Made by a program: the position numbers and the translations under genes
Source: Escherichia phage UPWr_E1
Strand: one strand, 5' to 3'
Sequence record: PP418985.1
DNA: 64,000 nt
Part shown: positions 9,434-19,026 of the stretch, piece after piece
How positions within the stretch are numbered: the first letter of the stretch is position 1
How the letters are laid out: every line of letters starts with the position of its first letter
The notes under the pieces: model-generated
The model's database searches: none
What the model was told of the DNA's origin: nothing
The model's input: the letters and a program-made list of their open reading frames with translations, nothing else

Positions 9434-11677
9434 ATGATTAAAAATGTTGTTAAGTCTTCCGGTCTGACTGTTCCGTTTGAAAAAGAAAAAGTAATGAAAA
9501 TTCTGGAAGCGGCAGCCGAAGGTCATAACGTTGATCCATATGAATTGTTTGATATGGTTGAACCACTTCTGACAGAAGGTATGTCTACCAATGATATCCA
9601 GAAAGTATTGATTAAGGTCGCCGCAGATAACATTACTGTAGAAACACCTGATTATCAATATGTAGCAAGTAACCTTGCAATGTTCGCGCTTCGTAAATCA
9701 GTATACGGTCAATTCCAACCTATTGATTTTTATAGCCATATTGAGCGTAATATTGCAACCGGAAAATATGATCGCGAAATTCTGCAAAAGTATTCCCGTG
9801 AAGAAGTGGAATATCTGGAGAAATTCATTGATCATAAACTTGATTTTAAAATGACCTATGCTGGTGCGATGCAGTTAAAAGAGAAATATCTTGTTCAGGA
9901 TCGCAGCACTAAGAAAATCATTGAAACACCGCAATTTGCGTATATGTTGATCGGTATGTGCTTACATCAAGAAGAGACAGAAAATCGACTTGAACATGTG
10001 ATTGATTTTTATAATGCTGTTGCGAATAAGCAAATCTCTCTGCCTACTCCGATTATGGCGGGTGTGCGTACTCCAACACGACAATTTAGTTCGTGTGTGG
10101 TGATCGAATCTGATGATTCATTGCAGGGTATTAATGAAACCGCAAATGCAATCATCAAGTATATTAGCAAGCGTGCTGGTATCGGTATCAACGCTGGCAT
10201 GATTCGCGCGGAAGGATCTAAGATCGGGCATGGTGAAGTTCGTCATACTGGCGTTATCCCATTCTGGAAACATTTTCAGACTGCCGTTAAGTCATGCTCA
10301 CAAGGCGGTATTCGTGGCGGGGCGGCGACTCTCTATTACCCAATGTGGCATTTAGAATTTGAAAGTCTTATTGTGTTGAAGAATAACAAAGGGGTAGAAG
10401 ACAACCGCATTCGCCATCTTGATTACGGCGTACAGATTAATAACCTGATGGTAGAGCGATTCCTTAAACGGGATTACATTACTCTGTTTAGTCCAGATGT
10501 TGCGGGTGGCTTGTTGTGGGATCTGTACTTCCGAGATGAGGAAGGTTTCCGCCAGCTTTACGAAAAACTGGAAAAAGATCCGAGTGTTCGTAAAACTCGT
10601 GTTAAAGCCGAAGACCTGTTTTTAGCGGTGGCAATTGAACGTTTTAACACTGGTCGAATCTATCCAGCGTTCACAGACAACATGAACAATCACGGGGCGT
10701 TTATTCGCAATGTAGCACCGATTAAACAATCTAACCTGTGTTGCGAAATTGCACTGCCTACTAAACCAATGGGGCGTGATGATTCAGAGATCAGCCTATG
10801 TACTTTGGCAGCATATGTTTTAGGTAATTTCGATATCGAAAACATGGAAGAAGTAGAACGCATTGCTATGGTTATGGTGCGTGCACTTGACAACTTGTTA
10901 GATTACCAGGATTATCCCGTAGAACAAGCTCTGACAGCAAAAAAACGTCGCTCTCTGGGTGTTGGTGTGACTAACTTTGCATCATATCTGGCGGATAATT
11001 TCTTCACATATGAAGACGCCAACGAGTTTACGCATAAAACGTTTGAACGCTTGCAATATGCTCTGATTAAGGCTAGTGTGCAACTGGCTAAAGAGAAGGG
11101 TGCTTGCGAACTGATGCACGAAACACGTTATGGTCGCGGTGAACTGCCTATCGACTGGTACAAAAAGACAGTAGATGAACTGGTTGACCCGGTGTATGAG
11201 ATGGATTGGGAAGAACTGCGCGAAGACCTGAAAAAATATGGCATTCGTAACAGTACGCTTTCGGCGCTGATGCCTTGTGAGTCGTCTTCTCAGGTGTCTA
11301 ACAGCACAAACGGTATTGAACCGCCTCGCGGGATTGTATCGGTTAAAGGATCGAAAGAAGGGCAATTTAATCAGGTTATTCCGAACGTAGAGAATAATGC
11401 TGATGTTATTGACTTGCTTTGGACACTGATCAAGAAAGGTAACAAGCCTTATCTGACACTGGCAGCGATTATGCAGAAGTTTGTCGACCAGGCGATTAGT
11501 TCCAATACATCCTATGATCCAAGCACTTATAAGACTGGTAAAGTCGATATTGCTGATGTATTAGATGATATGTTATTTGCTCAATATTACGGCCTCAAGA
11601 CACTGTATTACGCTAACGTGCGTGATGGTGCTGATGGTACGGAAGACGCTAGCGAATGTTCATCTTGCAAACTGTAA
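9434..11677 (+). CDS. nrdA: Ribonucleotide reductase large subunit
   Basis: 747 aa; class Ia NrdA-like with ATP-cone N-terminus and C-terminal CxxC tail; synteny td-nrdA-nrdB. Confidence 0.9.
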   Translation: MIKNVVKSSGLTVPFEKEKVMKILEAAAEGHNVDPYELFDMVEPLLTEGMSTNDIQKVLIKVAADNITVETPDYQYVASNLAMFALRKSVYGQFQPIDFYSHIERNIATGKYDREILQKYSREEVEYLEKFIDHKLDFKMTYAGAMQLKEKYLVQDRSTKKIIETPQFAYMLIGMCLHQEETENRLEHVIDFYNAVANKQISLPTPIMAGVRTPTRQFSSCVVIESDDSLQGINETANAIIKYISKRAGIGINAGMIRAEGSKIGHGEVRHTGVIPFWKHFQTAVKSCSQGGIRGGAATLYYPMWHLEFESLIVLKNNKGVEDNRIRHLDYGVQINNLMVERFLKRDYITLFSPDVAGGLLWDLYFRDEEGFRQLYEKLEKDPSVRKTRVKAEDLFLAVAIERFNTGRIYPAFTDNMNNHGAFIRNVAPIKQSNLCCEIALPTKPMGRDDSEISLCTLAAYVLGNFDIENMEEVERIAMVMVRALDNLLDYQDYPVEQALTAKKRRSLGVGVTNFASYLADNFFTYEDANEFTHKTFERLQYALIKASVQLAKEKGACELMHETRYGRGELPIDWYKKTVDELVDPVYEMDWEELREDLKKYGIRNSTLSALMPCESSSQVSNSTNGIEPPRGIVSVKGSKEGQFNQVIPNVENNADVIDLLWTLIKKGNKPYLTLAAIMQKFVDQAISSNTSYDPSTYKTGKVDIADVLDDMLFAQYYGLKTLYYANVRDGADGTEDASECSSCKL

Positions 11678-11686
11678 AAATAAGTG

Positions 11687-11715
11687 TTGACGCGGGGAGA
11701 AATCCCCGCTATAAT
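11687..11715 (+). promoter_or_regulatory. Early promoter with spacer hairpin (PeSL-like)
   Basis: TTGACG, spacer hairpin gcgggga-gaaa-tccccgc, TATAAT. Confidence 0.5.
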
Positions 11716-11746
11716 ACAACCATCAAAAACAAGTGAGGATTTTATT

Positions 11747-11914
11747 ATGACCAAATTAAAATGTGTTGCTGTAGATTTTGAACTAGCCGATAGCTTTGTT
11801 GTCGGTGATGTATATGATGCTCGACATGATGGGACTTGCTACTACGTTGAGGATGAATACGGCGTAGAATGGGCTATTCTTCCTGATGATAAATGCTTTG
11901 AGGTTGTCGAATAA
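11747..11914 (+). CDS. Hypothetical protein, 55 aa
   Basis: Start at internal ATG after promoter and RBS gagga. Confidence 0.45.
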   Translation: MTKLKCVAVDFELADSFVVGDVYDARHDGTCYYVEDEYGVEWAILPDDKCFEVVE

Positions 11915-12087
11915 TGGCTACTGTATGGTTATTGATTGCAATCAGCAATTCAATGTATAATTACGGAAATATGTCAAGCATTGAATTTGCAACAAAGCAG
12001 GATTGCGTTAAAGCTCGCGAGATTATCCGCGAAGACAATAAACGCTTTATGAATCTGTACTGTGTTGAAAAGCAGAAGGTGAACTAA
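11914..12087 (+). CDS. Small hydrophobic-N-terminus protein, 57 aa (paralog 1)
   Basis: TAATG overlap start; MATVWLLIAISNS...; paralog of next ORF. Confidence 0.4.
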   Translation: MATVWLLIAISNSMYNYGNMSSIEFATKQDCVKAREIIREDNKRFMNLYCVEKQKVN

Positions 12088-12254
12088 TGGCTACAATATG
12101 GTTATTGCTTTCCGTTAGCGTAGGCTCATATAATAAAGGAACTGTTACCAGCGTGGAGTTTTCATCACATCAAAGTTGTTTTGAAGCCGTGCAGGAATTG
12201 CAACAGGATAACGAAATAAACAGAAATACTAAGTTCTTTTGTGTTAAAAAGTGA
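12087..12254 (+). CDS. Small hydrophobic-N-terminus protein, 55 aa (paralog 2)
   Basis: TAATG overlap start; MATIWLLLSVSVG...; paralog of previous ORF. Confidence 0.4.
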   Translation: MATIWLLLSVSVGSYNKGTVTSVEFSSHQSCFEAVQELQQDNEINRNTKFFCVKK

Positions 12255-12269
12255 TAGTGAGGTGAATTA

Positions 12270-13430
12270 ATGAGCGTATTTAACCGCGAACATGTTGATA
12301 TTATGAACGAACCGATGTTTCTGGGTAGTGGGTTGGGTATCGCTCGCTATGATATTCAGCGTCATCAAGTATTTGAAGAACTGATCGAAAAGCAATTGTC
12401 ATTTTTCTGGCGTCCAGAAGAGATTTCACTTGCAACTGACCGCATACAATATCTTAATATGGGTGACGTTGAAAAGCGTTTCTTTACCGAAAACTTGAAG
12501 TATCAGACATTACTTGATTCTATTCAAGGTCGCGCACCGTCCGCAGCATTTGGTCCAATTGTATCTGATCCGACTCTTGATACATGGTTGCAAACATGGA
12601 CATTCAGCGAAACGATTCATAGCCGCAGTTATACTCACATTATGCGTAACTGTTTCATTGATCCGGCTAGTGAGTTCGACCAGATCATCGATAACCCTGC
12701 TATCATGAAGCGAGCAGAATCTATCGGGCAATATTATGATGATGTTCTCTATTGGATTCGTAAGTACGAGAACACAAAAGAAGATCTCCGCTATTGGGAA
12801 GAACGAGACGACCCGACAGCATTAGATGATGCAAGAAGATTTTTTGAAGATACAAAACGAGATCTGATGGCTTCGATTTATCTGTGTGCACACTGCGTCA
12901 ATGCACTGGAAGCAATCCGTTTTTATGTGTCCTTTGCATGTACTTTCAGCTTTGCCGAACGTGGTTTACTGGAAGGCAACGCGAAGATCATGAAATTTAT
13001 TGCGCGTGATGAACAACTTCACTTAAAAGGCACACAATACATTATTCGTCAATGGCAAACAGGGGCTGATGGTGATGAGTGGAAACAGATTGCGGAAGAA
13101 CTTGAAGACGAAGCAACGAAAATCTTTCTGGATGTTGTCGAGCAAGAAAAAGAATGGGTAGATCACTTATTCGCAATGGGGGCAATTCCTAATCTGTCAC
13201 CGGAAATTCTGAAAACCTATGTAGAATACCTGGCAGATTCCCGTATGCGTGCTGCCGGACTGAAAAACCCGTTTAGTGTTCGTCGTCATCCTTTACCGTG
13301 GATGCGTAAATGGTTAAACTCTGACGAAGTTCAAAACGCGGCGCAAGAAGTAGAGATCATGTATCTGGTATCTCAGGTTAATACCGATTTAACAGACGAC
13401 GACTACAACCGATTCGGGAAATATCTATGA
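12270..13430 (+). CDS. nrdB: Ribonucleotide reductase small subunit
   Basis: 386 aa; di-iron/tyrosyl radical R2 motifs (EEISLA, SETIHSRSYTHI, FACTFSFAERG); continuous, no intron. Confidence 0.9.
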   Translation: MSVFNREHVDIMNEPMFLGSGLGIARYDIQRHQVFEELIEKQLSFFWRPEEISLATDRIQYLNMGDVEKRFFTENLKYQTLLDSIQGRAPSAAFGPIVSDPTLDTWLQTWTFSETIHSRSYTHIMRNCFIDPASEFDQIIDNPAIMKRAESIGQYYDDVLYWIRKYENTKEDLRYWEERDDPTALDDARRFFEDTKRDLMASIYLCAHCVNALEAIRFYVSFACTFSFAERGLLEGNAKIMKFIARDEQLHLKGTQYIIRQWQTGADGDEWKQIAEELEDEATKIFLDVVEQEKEWVDHLFAMGAIPNLSPEILKTYVEYLADSRMRAAGLKNPFSVRRHPLPWMRKWLNSDEVQNAAQEVEIMYLVSQVNTDLTDDDYNRFGKYL

Positions 13431-13903
13431 TATATTTTGTCGATTTAGATTTTACGATCACAGATCCAACGCATCGACTAGCAAAGATGCCAACCGAAAA
13501 TCTTGATAAAGTCGAGTCATGGATCGAATATAACAAGGCATGTGGGGGAGATTCCCCCATTTACGATGTAATCCGTGTTATCAATGCTCTTTCCGACAAC
13601 GGGCATTTGATTTACATCCTCACCGGACGAAGTTCACATGCTTACATGGAAACTGTGGAATGGTTGATCGCTAATGATGTGTGTTTCGATAAAATCTTTA
13701 TGAGAGGTCGCAATGATTCCCGTAAAGACTATCACATCAAATTAGAGGTAATTAAATCCTTTGATAAAGATGAAGTTGTCGGAGTCTTTGAGGATAACCC
13801 AGAAGTGATTAAAGTTCTCAGAGAAAACGGTTATCGTGTCTTTGACGTAGGAAATCACAAAGACAAGACACGAGCGGATATTGCAAATCACGGTCATGAT
13901 TAA
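13427..13903 (+). CDS. HAD-superfamily phosphatase-like protein
   Basis: 158 aa; motif I DLDFTIT (DxDxT), ILTGRS, KDYHIK; ATGA overlap with nrdB stop. Confidence 0.5.
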   Translation: MIYFVDLDFTITDPTHRLAKMPTENLDKVESWIEYNKACGGDSPIYDVIRVINALSDNGHLIYILTGRSSHAYMETVEWLIANDVCFDKIFMRGRNDSRKDYHIKLEVIKSFDKDEVVGVFEDNPEVIKVLRENGYRVFDVGNHKDKTRADIANHGHD

Positions 13904-13915
13904 TGTTTGTTCAAA

Positions 13916-13939
13916 GTCGCCCATAGTGGCGACTTTTTT
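13916..13939 (+). terminator. Rho-independent terminator
   Basis: gtcgcc-hairpin-ggcgac followed by tttttt. Confidence 0.6.
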
Positions 13940-13950
13940 GTTATTGGGTG

Positions 13951-13979
13951 TTGACAATCGGATCTTGCCATAGCATAAT
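13951..13979 (+). promoter_or_regulatory. Early promoter
   Basis: TTGACA-17-CATAAT then conserved leader catcgaaacgg. Confidence 0.5.
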
Positions 13980-14003
13980 ACGCACATCGAAACGGAGGGA
14001 CAT

Positions 14004-14222
14004 ATGGAAACAGAAGAACAAGTTATTGCATATTTTCATCGTAAAAAGATGAAACTTAGAATTGAAAAGCAGTACATCAATCACTACATTGACCGAGTTC
14101 ACTTAACAAATACACCTTACCTATTCCGGTTGATAAACCCTCGAAAACGGTGGGATAAGTTGGACAGAAACACAAAAATAATTGATAAACTCACCCAATG
14201 GTGGAATGAATACAACAAGTAA
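14004..14222 (+). CDS. Hypothetical protein, 72 aa
   Basis: ORF with RBS ggaggga. Confidence 0.5.
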   Translation: METEEQVIAYFHRKKMKLRIEKQYINHYIDRVHLTNTPYLFRLINPRKRWDKLDRNTKIIDKLTQWWNEYNK

Positions 14223-14231
14223 AAAAAGTAG

Positions 14232-14261
14232 TTGACACTGAATAACGGGGGGTAGTAATAT
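14232..14261 (+). promoter_or_regulatory. Early promoter with -10 inside hairpin (PeSL-like)
   Basis: TTGACA; hairpin ggggg-tagtaatata-ccccc containing TAATAT. Confidence 0.5.
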
Positions 14262-14294
14262 ACCCCCATCGAAACGAAACAAAGGAGAATCAAA

Positions 14295-14513
14295 ATGAAA
14301 TTTACTTGCACCGACTCTATCAACAAACACTTTGTAGTAGGCGAAGTATACGAATCTACTACCATTCGCCAGCGTGACCTGATGGGTCGCCTTTACAATC
14401 AGCCAGTATTCATTATTGGCGAAGAATTGTTCTACATTGAAAACCGTCCGTGGGTTGCTTTCAATAAACGAGGACGCAAGGTAGCAAAATTCGAACTTGT
14501 CATTAAAAAGTAG
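14295..14513 (+). CDS. Hypothetical protein, 72 aa
   Basis: ORF with RBS aaggagaatcaaa. Confidence 0.5.
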   Translation: MKFTCTDSINKHFVVGEVYESTTIRQRDLMGRLYNQPVFIIGEELFYIENRPWVAFNKRGRKVAKFELVIKK

Positions 14514-14542
14514 TTGACAGCATGAAACGGGGGTAGTAATAT
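14514..14542 (+). promoter_or_regulatory. Early promoter with -10 inside hairpin (PeSL-like)
   Basis: TTGACA-17-TAATAT, near-identical to the cassette at 14232. Confidence 0.5.
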
Positions 14543-14583
14543 ACCCCCATCGAAACGAAACTAACTTACTAAGGAGTATCAAG

Positions 14584-14982
14584 ATGATTAAATTTCAAAC
14601 TCGCAAAGACGTTCTGGATTTCGTTAAAGTTTTCGGTTACGCTGCATTGCAACATGCAATGGACAAAATGACCATCTCCCCAGATCAGACTATGCTGATC
14701 CGTATGGTTAAAGCAACCGCCTACAAAAACGACATTACCCTCTCAGAAATCAACGACGGTAATACTGTCCGCGAGGTAATTGTTTCTTTCGAATCACCGA
14801 AAATTGGCGGTTTTCATACCACGATGTTAGGTGAAATCACTGTCACTGTATACGGGCAAGGTGGAGGAGTGTTTACCGTCAAAGAAGCAATGGAAAACGG
14901 AACACTGAACAAAGAAAAACTGGAATTTGTCCTGAAAATCATCAAGGAGCGTAACGAAGCTCGCGATATTCTGGAAAGTTAA
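14584..14982 (+). CDS. Hypothetical protein, 132 aa
   Basis: ORF with RBS aaggagtatcaag. Confidence 0.55.
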   Translation: MIKFQTRKDVLDFVKVFGYAALQHAMDKMTISPDQTMLIRMVKATAYKNDITLSEINDGNTVREVIVSFESPKIGGFHTTMLGEITVTVYGQGGGVFTVKEAMENGTLNKEKLEFVLKIIKERNEARDILES

Positions 14983-14989
14983 TAAGGTG

Positions 14990-15015
14990 GGCGGGAGAAA
15001 TCCCGCCTTTGTTGT
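14990..15015 (+). terminator. Rho-independent terminator
   Basis: ggcggga-gaaa-tcccgcc followed by tttgttgt. Confidence 0.6.
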
Positions 15016-15032
15016 GACGTGAGGAAAGGATA

Positions 15033-15494
15033 ATGATTAATGAGCTAATAGAAAACTATGGATTCGTTAAATATTCATGTTTAGAGTGTAAAGATGGTGA
15101 TGTGATTCTACCGCCTCAGAAGAACCGTTTAAATGTTCTTTACGCTATTGTGGTTGCTGATGAACTGGTATATATTGGTCAGACTGTTAATCTCAGAAAG
15201 CGGATCAATTATTACCGGACTAGCATTAACAGACAGACACCAACGGCGGATACTCGCAAGAGTAAGAATATTCATAAGGCGCTAGAGGAAGGGAAGACAG
15301 TAACATTCTATTACCGCCAGTGCTTTGAGTTGTACATAGAGAATCCAACGGGTAAAGATATTATAAGCACTGCCGATATCGAAGAACCTGTTTTGATCAC
15401 CAAATTTAAACCAGAATGGAACACAAATTATGTCAACAAAAGAAAACAACAAAAAAGTTTTAGCATTGTTCAAAAATCTGATGGCACTATGTGA
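15033..15494 (+). CDS. denA: Endonuclease II (GIY-YIG family)
   Basis: 153 aa; NVLYAIVVADELVYIGQTVNLRKRINYYRT resembles T4 EndoII GIY-YIG core; 3' end overlaps rnlA start. Confidence 0.65.
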   Translation: MINELIENYGFVKYSCLECKDGDVILPPQKNRLNVLYAIVVADELVYIGQTVNLRKRINYYRTSINRQTPTADTRKSKNIHKALEEGKTVTFYYRQCFELYIENPTGKDIISTADIEEPVLITKFKPEWNTNYVNKRKQQKSFSIVQKSDGTM

Positions 15495-16599
15495 CGGATC
15501 TGATACGTTCTATTACAAAGATGAAATTACGGCGATGCAAACCCGTATGCGCATTTTTAGCTATCTGTACTTGAGCAAACCGGAAATGTGGAATAAACCA
15601 GATGCGTTAGAGTGTCGCGGGATCATGTTTGAAATTGACGATAAAGGTCGTCCGGTCCGAATTGCATCTCGTCCTATGGAGAAGTTTTTTAATTTGGGTG
15701 AGAATGATCGCGCTCGCTTTAAGCCGGAAGATGTGGAAATGGTCATGGACAAAATGGACGGTAGTCTAGTAAGCACATACATTGATAACGGCTATGTTCA
15801 GTTGAAGTCTAAAGCGGCCTTGTACTCAAGCCAGGCAGAGAGAGCAAACGGTCTTCTGTATTCAGAGAAGTATGCGGATCTACGCGCTAAGATCGCCGAT
15901 ATTGGATCTGATTATACTTTCAACTTTGAATATACAGCACCCAGCAACCGAATTGTTGTAGAATATTCTGAACCGTCGCTAACACTTCTGAATGTACGAC
16001 ATAACGTCACAGGAGAGTATGTACCGCATCAAATGCTATTTGCTGATGCAATCCTACGTCCTCATCTGGTAAATGCGTTACAGGTTGATTCAGCGCGGTT
16101 TAGCAATATTCTTGATGAAGTTCGGGTGGCGGAAGGTATCGAAGGAATTGTTGCACGCACTAAAGACGGTCAAATGTTCAAGGTGAAGAGTGAATGGTAT
16201 ATTGGTGTGCATAACATTAAAAACACATCGATGTTTCCTAATAACCTGATCTACTATGTCGTAGAAAGTGAAACCGATGATTTGCGTGCTGCATATGAAG
16301 GCGAACCGGAAGCACTGGAACGAATTGAGCTATTCGAGGAAGCATTCAGGTCTATTCTTCGCAATGCTTTCACGACGGCAACAGAATTTTATAACGCACA
16401 CGCGGGAGAAGACAGAAAGACATATGCATCCAATGCGACTATCGAATCACGTAAACATGGTGATGCACAAGCATATATTTTCATGTGTCTGATGATTGCA
16501 TTTGATGGTCTTGATTATGACCGTATTCTGGCTTCAATGAAAACTTACTATCTACGGAATTATAAGAAACTGATTCCGGCTGATAAGATTGATTGGTAA
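15430..16599 (+). CDS. rnlA: RNA ligase 1
   Basis: 389 aa; PDALECRGIMFE, RIASRPMEKFFNLGEN, nucleotidyltransferase motif KMDGSL; T4 gp63-like. Confidence 0.85.
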   Translation: MSTKENNKKVLALFKNLMALCDGSDTFYYKDEITAMQTRMRIFSYLYLSKPEMWNKPDALECRGIMFEIDDKGRPVRIASRPMEKFFNLGENDRARFKPEDVEMVMDKMDGSLVSTYIDNGYVQLKSKAALYSSQAERANGLLYSEKYADLRAKIADIGSDYTFNFEYTAPSNRIVVEYSEPSLTLLNVRHNVTGEYVPHQMLFADAILRPHLVNALQVDSARFSNILDEVRVAEGIEGIVARTKDGQMFKVKSEWYIGVHNIKNTSMFPNNLIYYVVESETDDLRAAYEGEPEALERIELFEEAFRSILRNAFTTATEFYNAHAGEDRKTYASNATIESRKHGDAQAYIFMCLMIAFDGLDYDRILASMKTYYLRNYKKLIPADKIDW

Positions 16600-16605
16600 T
16601 AATAA

Positions 16606-16630
16606 GCGGGGCTAGTTCCCCGCCTTTTGT
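16606..16630 (+). terminator. Rho-independent terminator
   Basis: gcgggg-ctagtt-ccccgc followed by cttttgt. Confidence 0.6.
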
Positions 16631-16644
16631 CGTTGGGGGGTAAT

Positions 16645-16968
16645 ATGTCAAAGCTGATATACATTGTTATCATATCTGTGTTGCTGGGGGTAGGTGGCAA
16701 TATGTGGTGGGAAAATAAAAAGGAGGTAGAACGACTGAATCAGGAATTTACAGAGTATAAGAAAAAGACAGATGAGAAGATGAAGATTGTAGACTCGCTA
16801 CAAAAGGAGATGTACGGAATAAGAACTAAGTTTGCCGAAGAACAAAACAAAGCAATGAAAGACGCTACACGAGGCTATGTAGTAGCACAAAAACCCAAGT
16901 TGGTAGAGAAACAGCTTAATGATTCATTTAAGGAGTTTACCGAAGAATTAAAGGAGGCTACTAAATGA
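16645..16968 (+). CDS. Putative i-spanin (N-terminal TM helix plus coiled coil)
   Basis: Start at internal ATG of track ORF 16627; hydrophobic N-terminus LIYIVIISVLLGV then charged helical region; next to pseT as T4 pseT.3. Confidence 0.4.
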   Translation: MSKLIYIVIISVLLGVGGNMWWENKKEVERLNQEFTEYKKKTDEKMKIVDSLQKEMYGIRTKFAEEQNKAMKDATRGYVVAQKPKLVEKQLNDSFKEFTEELKEATK

Positions 16969-17417
16969 GCATAGAAATATTGCCTACACAAGAGCAGATA
17001 AGCAATTTTAATCTGGTTGATTATCTGGGGATAGGCGCAAGCATTATTATCCTGATGGTGTTTTCAATTTTCGTGATACACTGGATGTTTAAGAAAGCGC
17101 ATAAGAATTTTCAGACCGCCATAATCCATGTCTTCGCTGTACCTATTGTATTTGCTCTTTCTTCGTGTACAATGGACCATTATTCACAGGAACCGAAATT
17201 ACATCCTCCACTACCAGCACCAATAGAAAAAGTTGACATTGACCTGAAAGTGGATACAATAGACGGTAAACCTAGAGTTTCTATGTCGTGGGAGGACTCC
17301 CAAAAATTTAGAGTCTGGTTGGCTGATATTAAGAGATATACACTTGAAAGTAAGTTGATCATGTGTTATTATCGCAAAGAACTTAATGAGGAACGGTGCA
17401 AACCGAAGGAGAAATAA
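16965..17417 (+). CDS. Putative o-spanin lipoprotein with N-terminal hydrophobic extension
   Basis: Strong RBS aaggagg; internal lipoprotein signal MFKKAHK..AVPIVFALSSC (lipobox LSSC), proline-rich PKLHPPLPAP; an alternative start at the ATG near 17085 would give a 110-aa lipoprotein. Confidence 0.4.
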   Translation: MSIEILPTQEQISNFNLVDYLGIGASIIILMVFSIFVIHWMFKKAHKNFQTAIIHVFAVPIVFALSSCTMDHYSQEPKLHPPLPAPIEKVDIDLKVDTIDGKPRVSMSWEDSQKFRVWLADIKRYTLESKLIMCYYRKELNEERCKPKEK

Positions 17418-18295
17418 TGCCGAAATGTGAAGTGATTTTAACCGTTGGTTGTTCTGGGTCCGGTAAAACTACATGGGCTATGGAAACATGTAAACGGTTT
17501 AGTAATTATCGTAATGTGAATCGTGATGATCTTCGTCTTATGTTGTTTGGTGTTGACTCACTTTTGAAATACAAATATACTAAGGAAAAGGAAAAGTTGG
17601 TAGAGTCTATTCAGAGAATGATTGCTCGTGAGACTCTATCACGCGGATTAAGTATCATTATCTCTGATACTAACCTGAAAGAAAAACATCGTGTATTCTA
17701 CAAAGAACTTGCAAAAGAATTTAACGCAGTGTATACTGAACAAGTGTTCAATGAATCATTTGAGACACTAAAGAAACGTAATTTCTATCGCGGTGAGAAA
17801 GCAATTCCACTTTCCCATCTGCGCAACCAATTTTATCTGATGCAGGAATATATGGGTCAAGAAGTATACAAACCGAATACCATGCTACCGAAAGCGGTGA
17901 TCTTTGATATTGATGGAACATTAGCGGATAAGGGCGGTCGTCATCCGTTTGACTGGACAAAGGTCAAAGAAGATAAACCGCGTCCGCAAGTGATCGAAAT
18001 GCTTAAACTGTATCGTGATAATGGTTATCGTATAATTACATGTTCAGGGCGTGAGGATGTTTGCGAAGAAGATACTCTGCAATGGCTGCGTGAACAAGGT
18101 ATTGAACCTAGCGATCACTTCCAGCGTGAAACTAATGATCGACGTCCAGACCATGAAGTGAAGAAAGAGATCTTCTTCTCGGAAATTGCACCGCGTTATC
18201 ATGTTGTTTTGGCGGTAGATGACCGTGATCAAGTGGTTGACATGTACCGCTCAATTGGTGTAGAATGTTTTCAGGTTAACTACGGAGACTTTTAA
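17417..18295 (+). CDS. pseT: Polynucleotide 5'-kinase / 3'-phosphatase
   Basis: 292 aa from the ATG after RBS aaggaga; P-loop GCSGSGKTTWA, phosphatase DIDGTLA; T4 PseT-like. Confidence 0.85.
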   Translation: MPKCEVILTVGCSGSGKTTWAMETCKRFSNYRNVNRDDLRLMLFGVDSLLKYKYTKEKEKLVESIQRMIARETLSRGLSIIISDTNLKEKHRVFYKELAKEFNAVYTEQVFNESFETLKKRNFYRGEKAIPLSHLRNQFYLMQEYMGQEVYKPNTMLPKAVIFDIDGTLADKGGRHPFDWTKVKEDKPRPQVIEMLKLYRDNGYRIITCSGREDVCEEDTLQWLREQGIEPSDHFQRETNDRRPDHEVKKEIFFSEIAPRYHVVLAVDDRDQVVDMYRSIGVECFQVNYGDF

Positions 18296-18498
18296 TGTTT
18301 ACCGATAAACTCAAGCAATTAGGCGAAGCACTTGCTAAACGTGGTTTTAATGTTGAAATTGAACCAGCACCAGTTAACCCGTTTAGTGATGAGCGTCGCA
18401 GTGTATATGTCATTATGAGCAATAATCATGGTGTGAATACATTCAATGTAAAACAGTATAGCGACGGATCAGTAGAATACTTTCGCGTATACGGTTAA
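18295..18498 (+). CDS. Hypothetical protein, 67 aa
   Basis: ORF overlapping pseT stop. Confidence 0.45.
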   Translation: MFTDKLKQLGEALAKRGFNVEIEPAPVNPFSDERRSVYVIMSNNHGVNTFNVKQYSDGSVEYFRVYG

Positions 18499-18519
18499 TT
18501 AATATGTGAGGATTATATT

Positions 18520-19026
18520 ATGTTGTCACAGACTTACATGCAGATCGCCTATCTGATCGCAAAGAACTCTAAATGTGTTTCGTGGAAGGTAGGCGCACTA
18601 ATTGAAAAAGACGGGCGAATCATTTCTACTGGATTTAATGGCACTCCAGCAGGGCAAGTAAATTGTAGCTGTCATGCACATAAAAGCGGTTGGCTGGATG
18701 ATGAAGGTAAAATGATCCCAGAAAAACGACCAGAACATAGTGCATGGTCACAGAAAAACGAGATCCACGCTGAATTAAATGCTATTTTGTTTGCTGCCCG
18801 TAATGGTGTATCGATTGAAGGCGCTAGTATGTGGTGTACTGCTTCACCTTGTCCAGATTGCGCTAAAGCAATTGCAAACAGTGGTATTAAACATCTATAC
18901 TATTGCGATACATACGACCGAAATGGTGGGCGTGATTGGGCTGATATTTTGGATAAAGCCGACATTACGGTTACGCGTATTCCAAAAGCATTATTGACTG
19001 ATTTGAAGGGTATTGATAATGACTGA
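18520..19026 (+). CDS. cd: dCMP deaminase
   Basis: 168 aa; zinc motifs HAELNAI and CTASPCPDCAKAI; RBS gtgagga. Confidence 0.8.
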   Translation: MLSQTYMQIAYLIAKNSKCVSWKVGALIEKDGRIISTGFNGTPAGQVNCSCHAHKSGWLDDEGKMIPEKRPEHSAWSQKNEIHAELNAILFAARNGVSIEGASMWCTASPCPDCAKAIANSGIKHLYYCDTYDRNGGRDWADILDKADITVTRIPKALLTDLKGIDND

